Of a stretch of 64,000 bases of DNA, positions 9,201-18,290 are shown piece by piece. The notes below the pieces were generated by a model that worked only from the letters and a program-made list of their open reading frames with translations, did no database searches and was not told where the DNA came from. Each line of letters starts with the position of its first letter. The first letter of the stretch is position 1. Origin of the DNA: Deltaproteobacteria bacterium (GTDB lineage Bacteria > Desulfobacterota_D > UBA1144 > Nemesobacterales > UBA2774); NCBI GenBank assembly GCA_040223695.1, contig JAVKFU010000012.1, forward strand, positions 41 through 64,040, written 5' to 3'. Made by a program: the position numbers and the translations under genes.

Positions 9201-10880
9201 TGTATGAAAGCGACGTCAGAAAAAAGAGACCACGTTATTGAATACAGAATGATCGCCGCCGACGGAAGAAATGTCTGGGTAAGGGACCTAGTAACAGTCG
9301 TAGTTGAAAATGATGAAGTGGTCGGATTAAGGGGCATCATTATAGATATCACCGATCTGAAAAAAGCAGAGGACCTGATTGCGGAAAGCGCCAACAAATA
9401 CCGCGCGCTCGTCGAGAATATATATGATCTTGTGGCTGAAGCCAGCTTCGACGGCAAGTTTCTTTACCTTAGTCCCAGCTACATAGACGCTCTCGGGTAC
9501 GAACCCGAGGAGCTTGTGGGAAGAAATATTTTCGAGAATATTCACCCGGACGACCTGAATACTGTAACAGAAGAATTCCAGAGAGTAATTATTTCCAGGA
9601 CATCGGGAAAAGCGGTATTCAAGTACAGGCATAAAAACGGAAACTGGAGATGGTTCGATAGTACCGGCAGAACCTATGAAACAGCAAAGGGTGAGCTCAG
9701 ATGCGTCATAGTATCCCGCGACATCACCGAAAGAAAGAGGCTGGAGGATGAATTATTCAAATCACAAAAGCTCGAATCGCTGGGGGTTCTTGCAGGCGGA
9801 ATCGCACACGATTTCAATAATCTTCTGACAGTTATTTTAGGGAATATATCTATCTCGAAAATGAAAATGAACGAGCAAGATAAGATATACCAAAGGCTAA
9901 TGGAAGCGGAAAATGCGTCTTTGAGGGCGAGGGATTTAACGTCACAGCTTCTCACCTTTTCCAAAGGCGGCGCGCCTGTAAAGGAATACGTACAATCTCT
10001 TGATGAGCACATAATTGACACCGCTAATTTCGCGGTTAGCGGATCAAAAGTAAAATGTAAATTCCATATTGAAGACAGTCTCTGGCCGGTTGAAGTTGAT
10101 GGAGGACAGATAAGCCAGGTCATACACAACCTGATAATCAACGCGGATCAGGCAATGCCGAACGGGGGAATTATAAGCATCAATGCCTGCAACCTAGCGG
10201 TGGAAGAAAGTAGCGAAACCGGTATAAAGGACGGGAAATATGTAAAAATATCAATTGAGGACAAAGGGATCGGAATGACCGAAGAATTAATGGAAAAGAT
10301 ATTCGACCCGTATTTTACAACCAAGCATAAGGGGAGCGGACTCGGTCTCGCAACCGTGTATTCGATAGTTAAAAATCACGACGGGCATATCGATGTAATC
10401 TCCGAAATCGGTGTGGGAACGAGGTTCGATGTCTGTCTTCCTGCGGCCAAAAATAAACCTAAGGAAAATATTCATTACCCGAATTTATATGCCGGAGACG
10501 GGAATATACTGATCATGGATGATGAACAGGCGGTAAGAGAGGTCGCGGGTGAAATGATAACCCAGCTCGGTTACTGCGTTGAATACGCATCGGACGGCGC
10601 CGAGGCGATTGAGAAATATATTAAGGCCAGGGAAAAAGGAAGCCCGTTCGATGCTGTAATGATTGATCTGACTGTGCCGGGCGGTATGGGCGGGAAAGAG
10701 GCTCATAAAATACTGCTGGAAATAGACGCCGATGCCAAAGTAATCGTATCGAGCGGATATTCTAACGATCCCGTGATGTCCAGGTACGATGAGTACGGCT
10801 TTAAGGGAGTAGTGTCCAAGCCCTATAACGTAGAGGAACTGAGCAAAACGCTTTATTCTGTAATAAACGGAATATCATAA
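6216..10880 (+). CDS. Hybrid sensor histidine kinase/response regulator, cytoplasmic (PAS-GAF-PAS-GAF-GAF-PAS-PAS-PAS-HisKA-HATPase-REC)
   Basis: 1554 aa with no TM helices. H-box HDFNNLLTVILGNIS, HATPase G-boxes (DKGIGM, GSGLGLA), and a C-terminal receiver ILIMDDEQ...DAVMIDLTVPGGMGG. Coiled-coil N-terminus and multiple PAS/GAF modules. Confidence 0.85.
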   Translation: MKDIYKTKKQLIEEVGELKKLNKKLENDKNHRITDSNHASEENFPNKSFYELSPLMYFTVDREGIVRGVNRLGARHLGYSRKELEGSPVINVFYPDDRKDAENLLKNCFKNPDKVHRWELRKVKKDGSVIWVKEHIRIEYLNKGSDLAIIVCEDITEHKLAQFLLDTDKMMFELMARNATLPEILSSLCLAIEKHSNGMLCSFLILDENGKRLKHGAAPSLPEDYVKSIDGVEIGPFVGSCGTAAYTKKSVVVADIETDPLWADYKDLALKYDLRACWSTPIVNSKNKVLGTFAMYYGRERAPSPQEKRLIDAATHLARIAIEQINTQELAMRLGEILEESPNEIYIFNAETYRFLNVNKGARINLGYTKDELLNMTPYDLKPEIKPGFFEQFKPLITGEKEKMSFSTIHQRKDGSQYPVDVYLHGSSFNGKKIFVANVIDITGQNKTEKELKEKVEQLSKKNRYESIIRAVTESLHQSLDLEEVFDNAVDALNKNVEGAENVVIFMVEDNEAVMKASRGHSARYIKKLKRIPYPKGATWKTIIEGKARYVPDTDTDDALGPAGKEFGTKSYLSMPIRSEEKTIGCIHVHSPEKNTFCEEDLNLLEIVARQLGSAIKNAEQAEELKRSQENIKQRLNELSKKKRYEEIINTVTRSVHSSIELQQVLDNAVGAMASNVSGADNVSIYFIEGSDAVIQAHRGYPGWFIEKVTRIPYPKGFTWKTMTEGKLQYCPDVEKDNVIGPAGKKVGTKSYAAMPIKYEGNTIGCININSYSKNFFDKEDINLLELIVAQIEIAVNNARQAEALRESEERYRILFEQTPMGVFIFDRNLTITHTNQRHAEILQSSIKKIIGMELRKLKDQTFTPIMEKALEGHTSRQEGWYKATTGKADINLLVSASPLRDASGKIIGGMSLIEDITERKKAEAALLESQKNYEVLVNTIDGIVWEADPETLRFTFASRQAESILGYPAEEWTKKHDFWKEKLHPEDRKRVCDFCMKATSEKRDHVIEYRMIAADGRNVWVRDLVTVVVENDEVVGLRGIIIDITDLKKAEDLIAESANKYRALVENIYDLVAEASFDGKFLYLSPSYIDALGYEPEELVGRNIFENIHPDDLNTVTEEFQRVIISRTSGKAVFKYRHKNGNWRWFDSTGRTYETAKGELRCVIVSRDITERKRLEDELFKSQKLESLGVLAGGIAHDFNNLLTVILGNISISKMKMNEQDKIYQRLMEAENASLRARDLTSQLLTFSKGGAPVKEYVQSLDEHIIDTANFAVSGSKVKCKFHIEDSLWPVEVDGGQISQVIHNLIINADQAMPNGGIISINACNLAVEESSETGIKDGKYVKISIEDKGIGMTEELMEKIFDPYFTTKHKGSGLGLATVYSIVKNHDGHIDVISEIGVGTRFDVCLPAAKNKPKENIHYPNLYAGDGNILIMDDEQAVREVAGEMITQLGYCVEYASDGAEAIEKYIKAREKGSPFDAVMIDLTVPGGMGGKEAHKILLEIDADAKVIVSSGYSNDPVMSRYDEYGFKGVVSKPYNVEELSKTLYSVINGIS
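7545..8640 (+). repeat. Internal tandem duplication of a GAF module, about 180 codons per unit, inside the histidine kinase gene
   Basis: Two consecutive units share long identical stretches: KKNRYESIIRAVTESLHQSLDLEEVFDNAVDAL...RIPYPKGATWKT...GPAGKEFGTKSY...TIGCI versus KKKRYEEIINTVTRSVHSSIELQQVLDNAVGAM...RIPYPKGFTWKT...GPAGKKVGTKSY...TIGCI. Confidence 0.8.
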
Positions 10881-11054
10881 ACAATTTTAAACTTATGGTA
10901 TTGAAAAGCGGGTACGAACAGCATCTCACGGGATTCAAACAAAACGAGACGGTCCGCAAGCCGAATTTGTCCGGCAAGTTGAATTCACTCCCTTTTCCTT
11001 TATAATACGTTCTTTCTTAATATCTGGGAAAGTATATAAATTCAGCTCAACTAT

Positions 11055-12848
11055 ATGGAATCCAGGCACATCAGGAATTTCTCTATAATTGCTCACGTGG
11101 ACCATGGCAAATCCACGCTCGCGGACCGTATTCTGGAATTTACCGGAACCCTTACCGAGAGGGAGAAAACCGAGCAGTTTCTGGATCAGATGGAGATAGA
11201 GAGAGAAAGGGGAATCACCATTAAAGCCCAGGCCGTGAGACTGTATTATACGGCCGATGACGGTATCAAGTACGAATTCAACCTGATTGACACTCCCGGG
11301 CATGTGGACTTCAGCTACGAGGTTTCGAGAAGCCTGATGGCATGCGAAGGTGCTCTTCTGGTTGTAGACGCTTCCCAGGGTGTTGAAGCCCAGACTGTGG
11401 CAAACGCCTATCTGGCATCGGATTCGGGCCTCGAACTTATTCCGGTCATTAACAAGATCGACCTCCCGGCGGCAGAGCCCGAAAGGGTCAAGGAAGAAAT
11501 CGAGGACGTAATCGGCATTAGCGCCGAGGGTGCGATACTCGCAAGCGCCAAAGAGGGTACCGGGACAAAAGAGATACTGGAAGCGGTTGTAAAAAACATA
11601 CCTCCCCCCGCCGACAAGTCGGAAGCACCGCTCAAAGCGCTAATATTCGACAGCTGGTTCGACTCCTACCAGGGAGTGGTAATGCTGATAAGGGTATTTG
11701 AGGGGAAAGTTGAGCTTGGCAAGAATATCAAGTTCATGTCTACCGGCAAATCGTACGAACTAAAAAAACTGGGCGTCTTTTCTCCGAGAGCAATAGAGGT
11801 AAAGGAGCTCGGAACCGGGGAAGTAGGGTTCGTATCGGCATCGATCAAGGAGATAAACGAAGCGAAAGTAGGAGATACGATTACCAGCCCGGAAAGACCG
11901 ACTGAAAAACCGCTTGCCGGATTCAGGGAAATGAAGCCTATGGTCTTCAGCGGTCTTTATCCTATAGAGCCGGGAGATTATGACAAATTAAGGGAAGCCC
12001 TTGAAAAACTGAGATTGAATGATTCGTCCCTTGTGTACGAGCCCGAGACATCCGTAGCTCTCGGATTCGGTTTCAGATGCGGATTCCTGGGGCTTCTGCA
12101 CATGGAAATCGTCAAGGAAAGGCTGGAGAGGGAATTCGAACTCGAGCTCATAACGACAGCTCCGACTGTGGTCTACCGCGCAACCGACAAGAAGGACCAG
12201 GTGCTTTACGTAGATAATCCGAGCGAGCTTCCGACCCCTGACCAGATAGAGCTCATTGAAGAGCCGTATGTACTTGTATCCGTCCATACCCCGAGCACCT
12301 ATCTGGGAGCTATATTCGACCTCTGCATAAAAAAGAGGGGCACACAGCGCGATATAAAATACGTGACAACCGAAAGGGTAATAGTGGAATATGAAATACC
12401 GCTCTCGGAAATTGTTTTTGACTTCTATGACAAGCTTAAATCCGTTTCACGCGGATACGCATCGATGGACTATGACCCCATCGGCTACCGGGGCTCCGAC
12501 CTGATTAAAATGGACGTTCTCGTAAACGGAGAGCCGGTTGACGCGCTTTCGATAATCGTGCATAAGGAAAAGTCGTACGAAAGGGGAAGAGACCTTATCG
12601 CCAAGCTCAGGTCCCTGATTCCCCGGCAGCTTTACGAAGTCGTGATACAGGCCTCTATCGGTACCCGGATAATAGCGCGTGAATCCGTGAAGCCTGTAAG
12701 AAAGGACGTAACGGCGAAATGTTACGGAGGAGACGTAACCAGAAAGAGAAAACTCCTTGAAAAACAGAAAGAGGGGAAGAAACGCCTGAAACAGATAGGC
12801 AAGATAGAAATACCGCAAGAGGCTTTCCTAGCCGTATTAAAAACTTAA
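11055..12848 (+). CDS. lepA: Elongation factor 4 (LepA)
   Basis: [18 protein letters not shown] GTPase motifs plus the LepA-specific C-terminal domain. Confidence 0.95.
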   Translation: MESRHIRNFSIIAHVDHGKSTLADRILEFTGTLTEREKTEQFLDQMEIERERGITIKAQAVRLYYTADDGIKYEFNLIDTPGHVDFSYEVSRSLMACEGALLVVDASQGVEAQTVANAYLASDSGLELIPVINKIDLPAAEPERVKEEIEDVIGISAEGAILASAKEGTGTKEILEAVVKNIPPPADKSEAPLKALIFDSWFDSYQGVVMLIRVFEGKVELGKNIKFMSTGKSYELKKLGVFSPRAIEVKELGTGEVGFVSASIKEINEAKVGDTITSPERPTEKPLAGFREMKPMVFSGLYPIEPGDYDKLREALEKLRLNDSSLVYEPETSVALGFGFRCGFLGLLHMEIVKERLEREFELELITTAPTVVYRATDKKDQVLYVDNPSELPTPDQIELIEEPYVLVSVHTPSTYLGAIFDLCIKKRGTQRDIKYVTTERVIVEYEIPLSEIVFDFYDKLKSVSRGYASMDYDPIGYRGSDLIKMDVLVNGEPVDALSIIVHKEKSYERGRDLIAKLRSLIPRQLYEVVIQASIGTRIIARESVKPVRKDVTAKCYGGDVTRKRKLLEKQKEGKKRLKQIGKIEIPQEAFLAVLKT

Positions 12849-12884
12849 TATAAAATCAACAAATCTCTCTGCTCAGACATAATC

Positions 12885-14579
12885 CTACTTTTTATTAACC
12901 GACATCATCATCTCGGTAATCGCATAGGTCGCGCCGCTCACAGCGTCCGGGTCCGTCGAAACGTCGATCAAGGCCGGGGCGCCTGAAGAAAAGGCACGCT
13001 CGAGCGCCCCCGCAAGCTCTTTGGGGTCGTTCACGGATTCTCCGTACCCTCCCATCACCTTTACGATCTCATGAAAGGAGGTGAGACCGAGATCGACACC
13101 CGGCACCTCCCGGTTTTTGCCGTATGTAATCTCCAATTGATGCTTTGTCATACCCCATGACCGGTCGTTGCAGACTATTGCAACAAATGGAATTTTGTGC
13201 CTTATGGCAGTATCGAATTCCATAAAGTTCATCCCTATTGCGCCGTCTCCGCTAATGAGCGCGACCCGCTTGTCAGGACAGGCAACCTTTGCCCCTATCG
13301 CAAAGGGCACACCCACGCCCATACACCCGAGCGGCCCGCCCTTGACGTAATGACCCGGCTTTCTGACCCTGTAATGCCCGTCGGCCCACGCCTGCGTGTC
13401 GCCGCCATCGATGACGAGAATCCCTTCCTCCCCCAGAAATTCTTCTACCGCCCTTGCCACCCTAACCGGATGAATCGGGATTTTATCCGAACCCCTGATC
13501 TCCTCGCCTTTCTCCCGTTTTTCCGCCCGCAACGAACCCGCTCTTTCCAGCCAGGGTTTAAAATCGATCTCTATCGAGTTTTCTTCGATGTAATCCGTAA
13601 CCTGCGACAGAACGCTGCCCAGATCACCCACAATACCCAAATCGGCAGGCCTGTTTCTTCCGATCTCCCCGGGGTCAATGTCAACCTGAATAATCTTCGC
13701 CTCCGGGCCAAAAGTCTTCCCGAAGCCTATGTAGATACTGAGTCTTACCCCGAGAAGAAGTATGAGGTCGGCCTCTCCCGTAATTTCCCTGAACCCGTTC
13801 GGCGCCGAAGGGCTCGCGGGTCCGAAGCAAAGCGGATGGTCGTCGGATACAATCCCGCGGCCGAAGTTTAACGTAAACACAGGAAGATTAGCACGCTCTA
13901 TAAATCTCAGTATTTCCCTGTCCGCGGCCGAATACCAGGCTCCGCTTCCGGCGACCGCCACGGGTCTCCTGGCGGCTCTGAGCATTTCCACAGCTTTAAT
14001 CACAATACTTTCCTCAGCCTTTATCCTGTTAGACGGAACATTAGTGTTATATGGATAGATATCATTTTCACCGAGCTCCGGGTAGAGAACCTCGTAGGAC
14101 ATGCCGAGATAAACAGGCCCGGGCCTTCCCGATATTGCCCTCTTATATGCCGTTGTAACGTATTCAGGTATGCGTCCAGGGTCATAGACAGTCCTGGCCC
14201 ATTTCGCAACCGGCGCGGCCATACCCTGCTGATCTATCTCCTGAAGTGATAACCTGTCGTTCTCCTCCACCCCCGATCTTCCTGAAATAAGCATGAATGG
14301 GGAATTCGCGAGATGCGCTCCGGCCATGCCCGTAATAGCGTTGGTGAAACCCGGCCCTGCCGTCACAATGCATACCCCCGGCTTTCTCTTGAGCCTCCCA
14401 TAGGCGTCGGCTGCCATTGAAGCTCCCTGCTCGTGATGCGTATCTATAATTCTGATCCCGAAATCGACACAGGCGTTATATATAGGGTTTATGTGACCGC
14501 CTCCGAGAGAAAATATCTCTCTCACACCGAGTTCATGGAGCGTCTTTGCAACAAGCCATCCGCCCTCTACCTTTGCCAT
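12885..14579 (-). CDS. Thiamine-pyrophosphate-dependent enzyme (acetolactate synthase large-subunit-like, or benzoylformate decarboxylase-like)
   Basis: The N-terminal TPP-Pyr domain (MAKVEGGWLVAKTLHELGVREIFSLGGGHINPIY...GVCIVTAGPGFTNAITGMAGA) and a C-terminal GDG...N TPP-binding motif (ISGDGAIGMNFMEFDTAIRHKIPFVAIVCNDRSWG). Start chosen at MAKVEGG. Confidence 0.8.
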   Translation of the reverse strand: MAKVEGGWLVAKTLHELGVREIFSLGGGHINPIYNACVDFGIRIIDTHHEQGASMAADAYGRLKRKPGVCIVTAGPGFTNAITGMAGAHLANSPFMLISGRSGVEENDRLSLQEIDQQGMAAPVAKWARTVYDPGRIPEYVTTAYKRAISGRPGPVYLGMSYEVLYPELGENDIYPYNTNVPSNRIKAEESIVIKAVEMLRAARRPVAVAGSGAWYSAADREILRFIERANLPVFTLNFGRGIVSDDHPLCFGPASPSAPNGFREITGEADLILLLGVRLSIYIGFGKTFGPEAKIIQVDIDPGEIGRNRPADLGIVGDLGSVLSQVTDYIEENSIEIDFKPWLERAGSLRAEKREKGEEIRGSDKIPIHPVRVARAVEEFLGEEGILVIDGGDTQAWADGHYRVRKPGHYVKGGPLGCMGVGVPFAIGAKVACPDKRVALISGDGAIGMNFMEFDTAIRHKIPFVAIVCNDRSWGMTKHQLEITYGKNREVPGVDLGLTSFHEIVKVMGGYGESVNDPKELAGALERAFSSGAPALIDVSTDPDAVSGATYAITEMMMSVNKK

Positions 14580-14742
14580 TTCGGATCCTCCCTTCTCGTT
14601 ATACCTATTACTTTGACAGTTTTCATATTTCAAATCAACCGGATATTAAAAGAATCCTTAATCGCGGCGGCTTGATACCGGCGTGTCGGCTTTAAATCTA
14701 TAATGTGTTAGAATAAATCTTTAAATTATAGGAGGTACGAAT

Positions 14743-15135
14743 ATGACAGACCAAGAGCAACCTCAAGGTCAGGAAGAACAGTCCGAGCTTGGTAATATCG
14801 CCAATTCTATCTTATCGGCATTTAATCTGGGTGTTTCTTACAACCAGCAGTCGGGCGGCGTTAAAAGCATAACGGAAGTTACACAAGAACTGGGGCATAC
14901 TATATACACAAATCTTTCACAGGCTTACGGTACACGTTTTCAGGAAGATTTTCTCAGGGCTAATACCGAGTATTTTCTGCAGGTGGCATTACTCGGATAT
15001 ATAATTCCCTCGGTTTGCGCTTATGAAGAAGATTTCAAGAACAAGCTTTTAAGTCTGATCGAGCAGAGGGCAGTTAAAACGCAGCAGGAGGCCTCTCAGG
15101 AAGGCGGAAGCGGGGGTGGTATAATCACGCCCTGA
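14743..15135 (+). CDS. Hypothetical protein (130 aa, acidic Q/E-rich N-terminus, Gly-rich C-terminus)
   Basis: Strong RBS (AGGAGGT) 7 nt upstream. Lies 18 nt upstream of the nitrilase gene in the same orientation. No family recognised. Confidence 0.55.
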   Translation: MTDQEQPQGQEEQSELGNIANSILSAFNLGVSYNQQSGGVKSITEVTQELGHTIYTNLSQAYGTRFQEDFLRANTEYFLQVALLGYIIPSVCAYEEDFKNKLLSLIEQRAVKTQQEASQEGGSGGGIITP

Positions 15136-15152
15136 TTTCAAACATACCGAAA

Positions 15153-16292
15153 ATGAGAAAAAAAATACTCGGCGGAAGAGATAAGGTAAAAGTCGCTGTG
15201 GTCCAGGCGTCTCCTGTGTTTATGGACAAGGAAAGGACCATAGAAAAGGCGTGTGCGCTCATTAAGGAAGCCGGCAGAAACAATGCGGAGCTTATAGCAT
15301 TCTCCGAGTCCTTTATTCCGGCTTATCCCGCCTATTACACCCTCGGCTACGAAACTCCGCCGCACGAATGGACGGATTACATGATAGCTCTTCAGGAAAA
15401 TTCCGTGATCATTCCGAGCGAAGACACAGAGATTTTAGGCGGGGCCGCGAAGGAGGCCGGTGCCTACGTCGTGATAGGCTGCTGCGAGCTGGACGACAGG
15501 GCCGGAAGCCAGACTGTCTATAATACGCTTCTCTTCATAGACAAGGACGGCCAGGTACTGGGCCGTCACAGGAAAACCATGCCCACCTACACTGAGAGAA
15601 TCTATTGGGGCATGGGAGATGCAAGCGACATAAGGGTATTCGACACCGACATAGGACGCATCGGAGGGCTTATATGCTGGGAAAACCATATGACCCTTAT
15701 AAGGGCCGCAATGATTCACAGGGGTGTCGAGTTTCACGTCGCCGTATGGCCGGGGAACTGGAAAAGGGGAGAGGAAAAACTGCTGGACGCGGATACGAGC
15801 CCCGGGGGGGCGCTCTGCAATCTGCAGTCACTCATAAAGGTACACGCTTTTGAGGCGGGCGCATTCGTTTTGAGCGGATGCGGGTATCTGGATTCCGGGG
15901 ATTTTCCGGAAAAATGGCATTATATCAGGGACGGGAATCATATTAACTACGACTGGGCCTGCGGGGGAAGCTCGATCGTAAACCCGGCGGGCAGATACCT
16001 GGCCGAACCCAGCTTCGAGAAAGACGCGGTCCTTTACGCGGAATGCCACGCAAACCAGATAAAGGCCGTAAAAGCGGTATTCGATTCACTTGGTCACTAT
16101 TCCCGGTGGGATATCGCCCGGCTCGCACTCAGAGAAGAACCCTGGGGGCCGGAAATCTCAACAAATGAAACACATTCCAGCCGTATTCCGGATCTGCCCG
16201 AAAGCGAGCTTAAGAGGATTTCCGATCAATACGAGATCAGCATCAAAGATCTGGAATCTATCATTAAAGAAGTCGGACACATAAAAAACTAG
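15153..16292 (+). CDS. Nitrilase / carbon-nitrogen hydrolase superfamily protein with C-terminal extension
   Basis: CN-hydrolase catalytic residues in context: AFSESF (Glu), HRKTMP (Lys), GGLICWENHM (Cys). The roughly 80-aa C-terminal tail is typical of branch-1 nitrilases. Confidence 0.85.
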   Translation: MRKKILGGRDKVKVAVVQASPVFMDKERTIEKACALIKEAGRNNAELIAFSESFIPAYPAYYTLGYETPPHEWTDYMIALQENSVIIPSEDTEILGGAAKEAGAYVVIGCCELDDRAGSQTVYNTLLFIDKDGQVLGRHRKTMPTYTERIYWGMGDASDIRVFDTDIGRIGGLICWENHMTLIRAAMIHRGVEFHVAVWPGNWKRGEEKLLDADTSPGGALCNLQSLIKVHAFEAGAFVLSGCGYLDSGDFPEKWHYIRDGNHINYDWACGGSSIVNPAGRYLAEPSFEKDAVLYAECHANQIKAVKAVFDSLGHYSRWDIARLALREEPWGPEISTNETHSSRIPDLPESELKRISDQYEISIKDLESIIKEVGHIKN

Positions 16293-16418
16293 CCCTGCGG
16301 TTTGAAACGGCTCGAATTACAAATCCAGCAATAACTATATAAACTTATACAGGCATAAAGAGAGCAAAAAAATTGCCGCCCTGGGTATAACTCGAAGAAC
16401 CGGAAACCGATTAACCAC

Positions 16419-16447
16419 TTGACATAATTACGAGAAAGTTATATAAA
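16419..16447 (+). promoter_or_regulatory. Sigma-70-like promoter (TTGACA-17-TATAAA)
   Basis: TTGACA at 16419-16424, a 17-nt spacer, TATAAA at 16442-16447. It is upstream of the 76-aa ORF. Confidence 0.45.
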
Positions 16448-16505
16448 GCAAGGGGTGTCAGGGTAAGCTCTTGCGAGGGTTAGTGTTTTAAAGGAGGCAC
16501 GGACG

Positions 16506-16736
16506 ATGAAGTTCAGGAAGGAGTATGGAGAGTACTCCGCTCAGGAGGCCGTGGACGCCATATTGGTAATCCTGAGGAAAAAAGGAATCGAGATAGACGA
16601 AAAGAGCTTCACCTGGACACTTGTCGGTGCCCTGTTCAAGGAAGGTGTAATACCCCGGCCGGAATTCGAGCGTATATACTTTTCACTTAAAAACCACGAA
16701 AACAACCCTGACGATATAAGTGACAATATGATATGA
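16506..16736 (+). CDS. Hypothetical small protein (76 aa)
   Basis: RBS AAAGGAGG before the ATG, with a near-consensus promoter upstream. No recognisable family. Confidence 0.5.
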   Translation: MKFRKEYGEYSAQEAVDAILVILRKKGIEIDEKSFTWTLVGALFKEGVIPRPEFERIYFSLKNHENNPDDISDNMI

Positions 16737-16745
16737 ACACCGCAA

Positions 16746-18113
16746 TCAGGCGGATAATTCATTCATAGCCGTTCTCAGCTCATTCTCGATAATATTACGT
16801 ATTTCCTTGAGACGTCCCTCTGTCTGCGCCTCGAACCTGAGAACGAGAGCCGGCTGAGTGTTGGAAGCCCTGATTAGACCCCACCCGTCCGGAAATTCTA
16901 TTCTCACACCGTCTGTATCCACCACCTTATGATCCTTCATCAGCTCCTCTTTAACCTTCTCAACCACCTCGAACTTTATAGATTCAGGGCAATCGACCCG
17001 AATTTCCGGGGTTGAGACTGCCGGGGGTACATCTTCCAAAAGCTCTGATACGCTTTTTCCGGTCTTTGAAATAATTTCCAGCAGGCGAAGCGCGGCATAA
17101 AGCGCGTCATCGTAGCCGAAGAATTTATCTGCAAAGAATATATGTCCGCTCATCTCCCCGGCAAGAGAGGCGTTCTCTACTTTCATTTTATCCTTGATCA
17201 GGGAATGCCCGGTTTTCCACATTATCGACTCCCCGCCCGCCTCGTTGATAGAGTTAAAAAGCCGGTTGGAACACTTGACGTCTCCTATTATTTTCGCACC
17301 GGGAATTCGCGAAATCACGTCCATCGCGTAAATCAGCACCAGCATGTCGCCCCATATTATCCGGCCCTTCTCATCGACGACTCCTATCCTGTCACCGTCG
17401 CCGTCAAAACCGATTCCGAGCTCAAGCTCGTTATCTTTCACGGTCCTTATTAACTCATTCAGGTTTTCCACTACTGTCGGGTCAGGGTGATGGTTTGGAA
17501 ACGTGCCGTCGGGCTTCACATAAAGCTCGGTCAATTCACATCCGAACTCCCTGAACACTCTCGGCCCGATAATACCCACCATGCCGTTTCCGTAATCCAC
17601 TCCTACCCTTATCCCGGGTTTGATATCCAGATTCTCCTTCAAAAATTCGACGTATTTCTCCTCGACACTCGTATCACTGTATGAGCCCGAGCCTGAAGCG
17701 AATTCTCCCCTTTCGGCAATCTCCCTTATCTTCTGTATCTCTTTACCGAACACCGAGTCCCTGCCGCGGGAGAGCTTTATCCCGTTGTACTCACCGGGAT
17801 TATGGCTTGCCGTGATCATTACCCCTCCGCCGACATCCAAGTTGTAGAGTGAGAAGTACAGCATGGGTGTGCTTACCATGCCAATGTCTATCACGTTTAT
17901 TCCGGTCGAATTGATGCCCCTTGTCATTGCCTTAGCGTATTCGGGCGAGCTCAGCCTGCAGTCTCTGCCTACGGACACAGTGCTTGCGCCGTAATTTTTT
18001 ATATAAGTGCCGTAGGCCCTGCCTATCCTTTCCAGCACGTCCTCGTTCAGGTCTTCGTCCACTATCCCCCTTATATCGTATTCCCTGAAAATCTGCGAAT
18101 TTATATGCGGCAT
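16746..18113 (-). CDS. Phosphomannomutase/phosphoglucomutase (alpha-D-phosphohexomutase family)
   Basis: FREYDIRG motif, active-site serine loop TASHNPGEYNGIK, metal-binding loop GFDGDGDR. Confidence 0.9.
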   Translation of the reverse strand: MPHINSQIFREYDIRGIVDEDLNEDVLERIGRAYGTYIKNYGASTVSVGRDCRLSSPEYAKAMTRGINSTGINVIDIGMVSTPMLYFSLYNLDVGGGVMITASHNPGEYNGIKLSRGRDSVFGKEIQKIREIAERGEFASGSGSYSDTSVEEKYVEFLKENLDIKPGIRVGVDYGNGMVGIIGPRVFREFGCELTELYVKPDGTFPNHHPDPTVVENLNELIRTVKDNELELGIGFDGDGDRIGVVDEKGRIIWGDMLVLIYAMDVISRIPGAKIIGDVKCSNRLFNSINEAGGESIMWKTGHSLIKDKMKVENASLAGEMSGHIFFADKFFGYDDALYAALRLLEIISKTGKSVSELLEDVPPAVSTPEIRVDCPESIKFEVVEKVKEELMKDHKVVDTDGVRIEFPDGWGLIRASNTQPALVLRFEAQTEGRLKEIRNIIENELRTAMNELSA

Positions 18114-18290
18114 CAGTTTAACCTCCGATCATTTTATAAATTGAGGGCTTGCCAATTAGCCCGGTCCTGACGGAATATCAAAGCTCCGAATGTATCTTGA
18201 GAAAATTCCGATATAGAGAATACACTATCGGCGTATCTCTTAAAGGACAAGCTTGACTTTAATTTTACGGCTTTTATTCTTTCTTGCCAT

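Noticed and set aside
10935-11303. 122-aa minus-strand ORF overlapping the lepA start.
   Set aside because: It overlaps the highly conserved LepA N-terminus, and the translation is not protein-like.
13197-13871. 224-aa plus-strand ORF antisense to the TPP-dependent enzyme gene. Similar long antisense ORFs occur at 35527..36099 opposite mlaE, 24242..24898 opposite ligase 2, and 49049..49693 opposite thrC.
   Set aside because: These are shadow ORFs on the opposite strand of well-supported conserved genes. They are Pro/Arg/Ser-rich, low-complexity translations with no RBS.
18114-18290. Looked for a trp leader peptide or attenuator upstream of trpE.
   Set aside because: There is no short ORF with tandem Trp codons, and no clear alternative hairpins.
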